Below are positions 51,773 through 61,644 of a DNA stretch of 64,000 nt, one piece after another (position 1 is the stretch's first letter; every line of letters starts with the position of its first letter). Under the pieces are notes generated by a model. That model was not told the DNA's origin. It saw only the letters and a list, made by a program, of their open reading frames with translations, and did no database searches. The stretch lies in assembly GCA_964106645.2 (NCBI GenBank), contig OZ067040.1, one strand, 5' to 3'. The stretch comes from Podarcis pityusensis (lineage: Eukaryota). Position numbers and translations under genes: made by a program.

Positions 51773-53948
51773 GTTTTTTTTAAAATAATATTTATTACTT
51801 TTATAGATTACAAAAAGAGAAAGAAAACAAGAAAGAAAAAACAGGGAAAAAAAAGAGAAAAGCAAAAAGAAAAAAACAATACAATACAATATATAGACAA
51901 TACAAAACACACCCTAAACTCAAAACTAAACACATTAAACTAACCTGAACAAACCCCACTCCCTAGCCTTAACCCTAAATGAAACAAAACAAAAACAATT
52001 TAAAAACATACATCATCTCTTTTCCATACTCTATCTTTCATTCTCTTGTTTCCTCGACCTCCTCTCACCTCCCTTTTTGTATTCCACTTCTATTAATTGT
52101 TTCAGCAAATCCTTTCCATCTTTCTCCATTTTCTGTAATATTGTAAATAACGTATTTTTTAACCTTGTTTTCCATTAAAACTAAAATACTTATATATGCT
52201 TAACTCCTTATAACATTTCTACTAAGCCCATAAAAAATAAAAAATACAAAAAATCATTCCACCATTTTTCTATCACTCATTAGTTTTACCATAAGTCTAT
52301 ATATAAACTTTAAATTTTCCAATCTCCTTCCACCATCTCCCAGGTTTCGGATTCTGCCAGTCCTTTCCGTCAGCTCCATAAAGTCCATCAACCTGGTGAT
52401 CTTATGTCCGAGGCTCTTAACTCTTTTCCAAGTCCCTTCTGCAGGTCTTCTTCATTTTCTTTAATGCTAAAGAGCAAATCTTGGGGAAACTCCAACCTGT
52501 CAATCCTTTTCTTCCTTCTGAACAGATCAGCTAAATTTCCATAGTTAAAGCTACAGTCCATAAAGTATTTCAGGGCATATTTCAGGATTCCTCCAAGTCC
52601 AAAGGCCCCCAAAACTTCAATCTCCTCCAGGCCCGAGTCCATGTCCCAAAAGTCAGTTAATCCCTGCATAGAGGGCTCTTTCCAACTTTCCTTCTTTAAT
52701 CCAAACCAGGATCCATTCCTCAGAGTCTGACTTTTCCTAGATTCAATCATAAAAGGCCTCAACTTATAGTCCTCAATTTGCTTCTGTAAAGCCACAGATC
52801 TCACTTGTATTATTTTATGTTCAACAACAGCAGCATTCTCCTTCTCCTCCTTCTCCTCCACCATTTGTCCTGCCAAAATGGATTCCTGTACCAAGTCCTG
52901 AATTATTTCTGTTTTGGTGTTCGCTTTTTGACTCAAATTGGTCACTTTCTGTTCCAAATTATCAACTTTAAAAGTCATGTCATCCATCTTCTTGTGAAGT
53001 TGTCCCAGCGAACAGCTTATCTTACATAAAACAGTCACAATGGCCTCTCCTGTCAACATTTTTAAATGGTCCAAGGTCGCTCTCTGGTTCTCAGAATCCT
53101 TATCTGCAGCTGGGAATCCCCCAGTTACGCTCCTGTTACAGTTTCAAAAGCTCCCTCTAGAGGGAAACAGTCTCCACTTGTATCAGTTCTTTCAGGCACA
53201 ACTCAAGCATTAAAGATAAATTTTAAGTTACTTTTCCTCTTTTTTAAGCGCAGAAAAGGACAATGGAAACAGTATCTTACTCTTATTTAGCTAGCTGTCA
53301 AATCCGTTCTGTCAAATGCACTCTCTCCAAACGTCATCTGGCAGCCCGTTCCCAGGTTCAGAGCAGTGGTAATTTGATTTTTCACTCTCTCCTGCAGGCT
53401 CACTAGTTCCAAAATTTCCCCCTCTTCTCCTGCTTCCAAGGGGGGTTTTGTATTTTAAACCGGTGGAAATTTAATCCTTTGCCAAAAGCTTTCAAAGGCT
53501 TTAACTTGTAGCGTCTTTGCTTCAGTCTATTTACAAAAACAGGAGGCGGACTTCCTGTTTACAACCTTCCCGTTCAATGCCAAATTAAAGTATTTAAAAA
53601 TCCAATTTTCCGTTTTACTCCCGCGTAGTTGTTTAAAATCCAATTGTCCACAGGAAAAAGTCAGCGCTCTCCGGCAACAGCAATGCGGCTTCACTCCGTG
53701 AAAGAAGCAGTCGATTCAAAGCACCGCGCCACTCACCCCACGTTGCTCCGGACCCCCAAAACAGGGTTTCCCCGCGAGTAGGGAAGGCGCAAAAGTTGCC
53801 AGCCGAATCCCAGGTTCACAAGCTTCTCCCGCTTGTGATTTCAATGGGTCTCCACCTTCGCCGTGGCGGTCAGACCCTGTTTTTCACGGAGCAAGTTCCT
53901 CCCGAACGGAGGAGCTCCGCCATTGCCGGAGGCGCCAACCCGGAAGTC
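51773..53948 (-). mobile_element. Full-length non-autonomous L1-derived retrotransposon (HAL1-like, ORF1 only), 2176 bp
   Basis: 15-bp TSD CTGCATCGCTTTGTT at 51758-51772 and 53949-53963. The right flank continues TTTT/AA, the L1 endonuclease site. 5' end is GACTTCCGGGTTGGCGCCTCCGGCAATGGCGG with a CpG-rich 5'UTR. AATAAA (- strand, 51791-51796) is followed by a short poly(A). One long ORF; no endonuclease or RT. Confidence 0.85.
52388..53059 (-). CDS. L1 ORF1p-like protein (223 aa from the first ATG): coiled coil plus degenerate RRM/CTD
   Basis: Heptad region LHKKMDDMTFKVDNLEQKVTNLSQK. MIESRKSQTLRNGSWFGLKKE resembles the ORF1p LENRSRRNNLRIxGLPE motif, IEVLGAFGLG resembles IERAHR, and LEFPQDL resembles IFxDL. 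No stops. The ORF track starts at TTG 53074; the first ATG is at 53059. Confidence 0.7.
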   Translation of the reverse strand: MLTGEAIVTVLCKISCSLGQLHKKMDDMTFKVDNLEQKVTNLSQKANTKTEIIQDLVQESILAGQMVEEKEEKENAAVVEHKIIQVRSVALQKQIEDYKLRPFMIESRKSQTLRNGSWFGLKKESWKEPSMQGLTDFWDMDSGLEEIEVLGAFGLGGILKYALKYFMDCSFNYGNLADLFRRKKRIDRLEFPQDLLFSIKENEEDLQKGLGKELRASDIRSPG

Positions 53949-54774
53949 CTGCATCGCTTTGTTTTAAGAGCCACTTGTACTTAAATATTTTCACCGACAG
54001 TTGCACATATGATAGTGCTTCTTCCAGAACTTTTGGACAGCTTGCAATTTGCAGCTTATGATTGGTTTCAGCCATAACAGCAGTTAATGGGTTAAATCGA
54101 AAAGTGTATTATTCTGCTATACATTTTTAAAATTTTGTTTGACATAGTGGCGAGTGAGACTGGTGGTGCGTGTGACAGCTTTCACTTTGAAAATGTTATG
54201 GATGAAATGATAACAGAGCGCTTATGAAAATCTTTAAGGAGAGAGAACCTACGTTTTATTAAATTGAAAGTAATAATCAGTTTGGACAATGACTTCAGGT
54301 AAATTTACCTAAGAAGAGGAAGGGTTTTTCTTTGTATGGCATTTGCTATTATCAAATAACTTTTTTGAGGTTTCTACGTCCTGGCAAAAACACAGACATC
54401 TGTGTTGGTCGTACACAGTATTGGGACTCTTCTGAAATCTATAAGTGACCTTTATTTGTTTTGGAAATAGGAGATTTTATTGGTAATTGTTTGCATTAAA
54501 AGCAGCTTGCTTGGCTTATGTTAAAGAAACCAATATGAGCAGTTAAAAGTTGCTTTAAATTGCTGGTGCCTCAGGGTGAAGTGTGCATAATAAATAGATA
54601 AATAATCCCGCTGTTTGTTTTTCCTTTCAAATAATCAAGAGTGGCACTTGTATTCATGCTTCTGTTTAGCAAACATAGTGAAGACACACATAGTGTGGAT
54701 TAGTGCTAGGCACTTGATGGGTGAGCTTGTCTTGGTGCTTTTGCTATATAAAAAACCCCTTCTTTTCCTTACAG

Positions 54775-54988
54775 AAGATTGCACCAACAATTTGAAAGTT
54801 ACAAAGAGCAAGTCCGAAAAATAGGTGAGGAATCCCGCCGTTACCACGGAGAGCACAAGGATGATGCACCAACATGTGGAATCTGTCACAAAACTAAGTT
54901 TGCCGATGGTTGTGGCCATTTATGCTCCTACTGCCGGACAAAGTTTTGTGCCAGATGTGGAGGACGTGTTTCTCTGCGATCAAACAAT
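54775..54988 (+). CDS. RIMS1: RIMS1 (RIM1alpha) internal coding exon: Rab3-binding helix plus N-terminal part of the FYVE-type zinc finger
   Basis: Translates as (x)RLHQQFESYKEQVRKIGEESRRYHGEHKDDAPTCGICHKTKFADGCGHLCSYCRTKFCARCGGRVSLRSNN. This is the RIMS1 version; as I recall it, RIMS2 reads FEMYKEQVKKMGEESQQQ. Polypyrimidine tract plus CAG acceptor ends at 54774 and the GTAAGT donor is at 54989-54994. Phase 2 start, phase 0 end. Confidence 0.97.
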
Positions 54989-55969
54989 GTAAGTTTTCTA
55001 CTGCATGCAAAACAAAGCAATGTTGATTTCCATCGCTAGAACATCCTACCTGTGCAGATTTTTTTTTTTTTTTGGCATTGGTTTCCTTTTCTTATTTCCA
55101 CACCCCAACTCCTTGAACTTCATTGTTTTGCTCACTCTATATATTTGTTTTCAGAATTCCTCGCTCCATGTTTTGTTTGTGCAAAATCAATTTCAGAAAT
55201 AAATAAAAGAGGGGACCTATTTTTTTTCCTCACTTGAAAATGATTGTGACAGACACAGTGACAAGCTATAATAATGCTTTTCTCATGGAATTCTGCATTA
55301 GTATTGTAGAAAAGCTACTTTGATTTATATACCCTGAAAATTGTATATGCTCTTGTGCAGTTGCCAATGACATTTATAGAAAGTAGTGTCACATGCTTAT
55401 ATACACAACTAAGTAGTATTTTGAGCAGACCTTTTGGAATTAATGGACCTAAGTTGGTGGTGTTCATTCATTTCAATGGATGTACACTGAGTAGGACGAC
55501 ACTGGAGACCACCCACTGTACTTTACACGTTGCAGAGTCCAAAGGGGGAGCCATACTGCTTCTAGTAGGGACGAAACAATCCAAATTTCTTATGTGTGAG
55601 GCGAAAGTGCATCCATTTCTGCCCTGTGGATTTCCAATTTCTCCTACCAGTAGTACATGGTCTCTTGCTCACAGCCTTTTGGATCTCAGCTATTCCATCA
55701 AAACTGGAGTATTGAATCCTGATGCATCCATTTCACTATTATTTATTTTATTTTCTGCTAAAATCCTTCAGGTATCTGCCCGTATGTGTGTGGTGCTATA
55801 GATATTTTTATTTAAACGTGCTGTGTTTCATTTTTGGTAAATCTTATGCTTACAGGAACACAAGAATTGCCTTGTTTATATCTGCCTATTAATGTTTTCC
55901 TCCTTTTTCTTTTCTCTCTTTCTTTTATATTTTTCTCCTTTTTCTGCTTCCCTGGATGCTTTCCCAAAG

Positions 55970-55981
55970 GAGGACAAAGTG
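55970..55981 (+). CDS. RIMS1: RIMS1 12-nt microexon (GAG GAC AAA GTG = EDKV)
   Basis: Long pyrimidine tract (~55895-55965), AAG acceptor at 55967-55969, GTTAGA donor at 55982-55987. It continues the known RIM1 sequence ...LRSNN-EDKV-VMWVC in phase 0. Confidence 0.9.
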
Positions 55982-56091
55982 GTTAGAATCCATATTTCTT
56001 CATATATTATTACAGTGTTCTTTATGTGAAACCAATTAATGCAAATTATTTTGACTAAATGTTCGGTTGTAAAATCCAGATACTAAACTGA

Positions 56092-56093
<2 letters not shown>

Positions 56094-56127
<34 letters not shown>
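56094..56127. repeat. (AT)n microsatellite
   Basis: Seen directly; about 110 nt downstream of the microexon. Confidence 0.95.
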
Positions 56128-56130
<3 letters not shown>

Positions 56131-57663
56131 CAAAATTTTAAGCACAGTAGCTAAACAGCTTTTCCTATTATAAATTTGTATTTTTCATAGCAGTAGAACA
56201 TGCAGGTAATGCTTTGGGAGGAAGAAATATTATTTATTACAACCTCTTTTTACATTACATAGGAAATCAATATATCAAATTCATAATTTGACAGGGAATA
56301 GTAGTAAAGTTATTTCTTTGTGAAATTGAAAGGTATCTAATTCTGGTTTTTAACTTTGTTGCTGTAAATGACTTTAATTGTCAAATCACATATATAGATA
56401 TTCAAACCATTACACTGTGAACGTTATTTTTTTAAGGTAGATTTTCTGGGAAATCTAACCAATAATATTTTATTATTATTTTTTTAAAAAGAAAAGTCCA
56501 ATATGTACTTCTAAACATCTACTCTCTCTGCAAATCATATGGCATGTAATATGAATGTTTAAAAATCACCTTTCTTATTTCCTCAATATGCCTGTTGGTG
56601 TGGGGAAAATAAAATTTAAAAGGTTAATGAAGATGCCTCATGAAAATTGAGTGCACACTGTAGAACCAAGATGGAGAATCTGCAAATCTCTAAGTGTTTT
56701 TGAACTAAAACTCCCATCAGCCCCATCCCCATTCTAGCCACTACGGCAGGCAACTCGTCTTTTGAGAGCTCCTGGGAAGCTTCTAAAGAATTCAGGTTCT
56801 ATTGACGCAATGTGAATAGCAGTTTGTGCGGGAGGACTAATATCCCCTTTTAAGGTTCAGGGAGTGGTTGGACTTTCAGAAGATGGGCATTTCATTTTAG
56901 TCAGTTTATTCATTCTAAATTAGTAGCCAAATTTCTTAGCTATATGTGTTGGCCAAACGCAGAAAATGGTTACCATGGAAGACCATTGCTGTGTAACATG
57001 GCATCTTGGAAGTTGAAAATATACACTGTTTAGGGATTAACCAGGAGCAGATTAATTCCCCCCTCTTAAATTTGGGACATAAAAAAGTACGAATGTATAT
57101 ACCTTGAGCTATAAACCTAAGTATACTTCTCAGAAAGCAATACCTGTTGAGCTTTGTGGAACTTAATCCTTGAAGAAAACATATTTAGGATTGGGCTGCC
57201 AGTTTAACTGAAATGAACTGAGATCTCTGAGATCACAGCCGAATAACTAGAATGAGGACCCACTGAAACACTGGTGCATCTGGGCCTTTCTTTATGCAAG
57301 TACGCATAAGACAACACCAAAACTTGAGGCAGCTTCAGATGCTCTCTTCAACACACATATTGTTGGCAGTCGTGGCGGATGGAACAGGATCACTTAGCAT
57401 ACACGTGAAAGGCACTGAAGGGGTTCTTTGGATCCCAACCTACATACGTTGATCTTTGCAAGGAGTTAATAACTACTGGTATTAAAATAATTTGGATATA
57501 TACTGCGCATTAAATCACCTTCACTTTGGACAAGTGCTTGGAGCTGTTTCTGCTAACCAGAATCTGCCTAGACACCTTTTTTTTTAGATCTCCACCAGTT
57601 TCCTTCGTTTACATGTAGCAATCCTACATCTTCAGTACATATGCGGACATCATTGCCTTAAGA

Positions 57664-57855
57664 CAGGGGTTGTTAACCTGGTCCCTACCGCCCACTAGTG
57701 GGCATTTCAAGATTCTAGGTGGGCTATGGGGGGGGGCGTTTCTATGGCACAAGCTGAATCCTCCGTCCATCAAGCCCTGGTGGGTGGTAAGGAAATTTTA
57801 CCATCAAGAAAGATGCATTAGTGGGCGGTAGGTATAAAAAGGTTGACTACCCCTG
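57664..57855. mobile_element. hAT MITE
   Basis: TIRs CAGGGGTTGTTAACCT / AGGTTGACTACCCCTG; exact 8-bp TSD CCTTAAGA. Confidence 0.9.
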
Positions 57856-59239
57856 CCTTAAGACATCCTCTTGTCAAGCCAGACCTGTTCAGCTGAACGT
57901 ATTAATTGATGCTATTCAGTAAAGCGCATCTGAAAATGTTCTGCTTTGTTTTGCTGTCTTAAGCAGAGTGGTTTACAATTAATAATTTGTAGGCCACAGT
58001 ATTCTGAGATGCTAACATAGTCACTGTATTTACAAAAGTGTCCCGAGAGAGGAAAAGGCACAAATCCAAATGCCATCATCTAATCAGTGCCCAGATGGTC
58101 AAGGCTTTAGTCTCAAAACCAGCGGCAAATCTTGGCTATTGATCCATTCGTGGCTCTAGAAATGTGAACTCTGGTGGTGAGAAGCCTCACTTTAAAAGGG
58201 AGCTTGCACATGGATCACCTCTTGGGGTTTGATAAGTATCGCCCAGGTTTCCAAACGTGTTTAGCTTTCAAGGATAATACAATGTACAATGTGGTCAATT
58301 GTGACACCAGGCTGGGGACCCAACCATGCTGTTTAAGGGGCATGAAACAAACAATTGAGTTGGACTACTTATTTGAAGCATCGTGACTTCTGTTTGCTCA
58401 CTACTAGGGCATGTATGCAATCATTGCTGGCCAAAGGGCAGCCTCCTTTTTTGGTTAATGTGAAAGTCTGGGCTTCATAATTAGAAGTTAGCAAGAAGTG
58501 CTAAGGATCATCAGTTTGATCAGTAGTGAAATGGCTGTACTTTGTGCAGATAGCAATGCTGTAGCAAGATGAGATCAAAGACATTCTGTGTTGGATATGG
58601 CTAGCAAATATCATTTTATTTCTTCTGTCTGTGGAGTAGGAGCACCACTTTAATCATCTGGAGAGAAAAAAACGTGGCCACTTCTAATTTACATGAATGT
58701 GCATTTTCTCATGTCATTTGCCATTATAAGATTACAGTGACTGTAATCCTATGCATGTTTACTCAGAAGTAAATCCCATTAGCTTCAATGGGGCTTAATC
58801 CCAGGCCACTGTAAACAGCCATACTTACCTGGGAATAAGCCCCACTGAATTGAATTGGATGTATATTTGAGTAGACATGGCTATGATTCCACTGCTAGTT
58901 TGATAAATGAGTAGACTTTTCAATATTCACTACTGGCTAAATTTATTTGCAGTTTTTGTATATTAAGGAGAACCTGTATAATACTGTAGCAGAATAATTT
59001 CCTGAAAACAACATGATTATTAGAGATGGATGTAATCTGTTCTTTCTCTCTCTTTTTTGTTATAAAGAACTTTAATCCTCATCTAGGATTAAAACTGTGT
59101 ATTTTTAGTACTGCTGTGTCCTAGATAAAATATATTTCCCCTGTATGTGTTATACATGCCTTATAGTATTTGGAAAATACTTGCTTTGTGCAGTATTTTT
59201 CTGCTGATCCATATATTAGTGTTGCATTCAACTAAACCA

Positions 59240-59241
<2 letters not shown>

Positions 59242-59282
<41 letters not shown>
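59242..59282. repeat. (TAT)n microsatellite
   Basis: Seen directly. Confidence 0.95.
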
Positions 59283-60639
59283 TCCAGCTTCTACAGATAG
59301 TCAAACAAATGCTAAGAGAGGCTATAGGGATAGTGTTGCTGCTTTCAAAGTTTTGCATTTTTTAAATGTGTTGAATTCAGAGATAGACTTTGGAAATTGT
59401 GGGTTGTATGCAACAATTTGATTAGTTCAAAGACTTGTGCTTGTGAAATAGAACTTTCCTCTTCTCCTCCCCTGTGTGCCCCTGCCAAGTTTGTATTTGT
59501 TTTCCACTGAATCCTCTGGAGCAGATTTTGGGGAAGTGCAAGGAGAGGGAGGGCCGGTGCAGTCATTAGGTGGGGTGAGGCAGCTGCCTCGGGCATCAGA
59601 AGCCCCTGAGGTGTCGCCTGCCCATTTCCACCAGGATCTTTCCAAAATCACATGAGATATTGTGGAGGGTGCAAGATCTTATTTGAAATAGACGTGATCA
59701 TTTCATGTGCATCCTTTTGTAGTGAATTTCCCACTTAACTTTGATTGTTTCTATCAACTAGGAGGTCCTAACAAACTCAGCTCTTTTGTTTTGAATGATA
59801 GAAACCCATGGCAATAACAGTATTACCTTATATAACATTTTGGGGAAGTAGTAAACCAGAAATGGGAAACTGTCACGCTAGGTGGGTTGAGCTGTATCCA
59901 GGTTGAGTCAGGAGTTTCTTGTACCTGTTCCTCTATAAGTTCTTGTCTCACTTCCTGGGTAGTGTGCCCTAAACTCCCCATAACAAATGATTGAATGTGG
60001 CGATTTCAAACATAGGGGGTACATTGTCAGCCAGCTTTGCAAGTGCTGCTCCTCTTGTTGGATCTTAGCAGTAAATTTAGTCTTCTGTCCAGTTAGCTTT
60101 TTGTCCCGCCTTCTTCTCTTAAATAACCTGTCAGAAATGACACTGCAAATAGTCTGTGAGAACTACTATCTCTTTTGGTTATCTAGGGGTTACTTAGACT
60201 TAGTGAGCTATCAGTTATTTAGATTACGTAGCAATGACTTATGCTGATGTGACAAACTCCAAAGGAATAGAGTTTGTTCAAAAATAATAGCCATGTGTCC
60301 TACTTTACCGAAGAGGGTCCTCTATTAAACTAGTCCAACTATGGGTTATTGATAAATAACTTTCAGAACGCAGAGCAGACACCTTGAACAATTAACTTGA
60401 ACAGTAGACTGAGCAGGCATGCAAATAATCTCATTAGCCTACTGCACTATGCTGAGAAATATTGTGTTTCTATTTATAGTAATCGTTATTTCTAAATTTG
60501 ATTTTTTAACCTATAATTTAGCGTATGATAAATGTTTGTGAACCTGTGCCCTCTTTTGTCCTCTCCCTTGGTAATATGTGGCTATCCTAGCTAAAAAATT
60601 TTATTGTGGCATACGTTTTTGTGGTTTCATAAGATTATA

Positions 60640-60891
60640 CAGTGGTACCTTGGTTCTCGAACTTAATCTGTTCAGGAGTCCGTTCGACTCCTGAAATGGT
60701 TCAAAAACCAAGGCACAGCTTCCGATTGGCTACAGGAGCTTCCTGTACTGAATCAGAAGCCGCGGAAACCACGTCGGATGTTCAGCTTCTGAAAAACGTT
60801 TGCAAACTGGAACACTCAAACTTCCGCGTTTGCGCTGTTCGGGAGCCAAAACGTCTGAGTACCAAGGTGTTCGAGAACCAAGGTACGACTG
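60640..60891. mobile_element. Tc1/mariner MITE, family C
   Basis: CAGTGGTACCTTGGTTCTCGAAC...GTTCGAGAACCAAGGTACGACTG with TA TSD. Confidence 0.88.
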
Positions 60892-61644
60892 TATAGGGTA
60901 AAAACTCACCACCCTCCCTGGTTTTACAGTGATGCCAAAAGATAGAGCAATAGTTCCCAACTCTTCCCCACTACAGACCACCTTAAAGATTACTCAGGGT
61001 TTTGGCACATTACTTAAATATTTATCTGCCTGCTATAGCAATTGTAATGTGCTGTGCTAGATGTTGTATACTTTTTAATGGTATTTTCTTTCTTTCTTCT
61101 TTGATTTCTTGTGTTTTATTTTATCACCATTTGAATTCCATAGAATTTAAACCACAATACAATAAAACACAATGTAAAAAATAAAAGAAGCAATAGATAA
61201 AAATCCAAATGCATATTTAATATGGACATGCCACAGACCAGCTGAATAAACCTCATGGACCACTGGTGGTCCGTAGACCGCAGTTCGGAAATCCCTGGAC
61301 TAGAGCAACAATTGTAATAACTGAATCCAAGATACATAATTTTAATCAAGATGCAAGTAGAGTGGGTTTTACTCATCCTCATCTCTTGGTCACTTGTATT
61401 AATTTAGCATAGTAGGGAAGAAAGTTAGTATAGATGCCTGAAGTGGGAAAACTACTTTCAATATTGAGAGAACCATTCCCAATGCTTGCTGAGCCCAAGT
61501 TTTTCAATATCAAATGAGGAACAGTACTACTTTAACTGCTTCACATCAGAGCATCCTATTGGAAACTTGCATTGCAACTCTAAGGACAGTAACAGAAAGT
61601 CGTGAGAGATTTAAAGACTACTGATTTCAAAACAAATGCACCTT

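Larger units (their letters stand above)
1..54774 (+). other. RIMS1: Large upstream RIMS1 intronic region (upstream exons not found in the window)
   Basis: No other recognisable RIMS1 coding segment upstream; the region is repeat-rich non-coding DNA. Small alternative exons could have been missed. Confidence 0.7.

Noticed and set aside
52388-53074. Host gene or processed pseudogene of a cellular coiled-coil protein
   Set aside because: The L1-type 5' end, ORF1p-like motifs and an L1 ORF2-like remnant favour a retroelement. Not fully excluded without a homology search.
1-54774. Upstream RIMS1 alternative exons (CVVRDMAKP..., NIFRCVCVP... as recalled from mammalian RIM1)
   Set aside because: Searched by eye and found no convincing match. 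They may lie upstream or be diverged; TBLASTN or RNA-seq would decide.
54989-55039. ORF-track extension VSFLLHAKQSNVDFHR and the 'M' start at 54779
   Set aside because: Read-through past the GTAAGT donor into intron; 54779 is a TTG leucine codon inside an internal exon.
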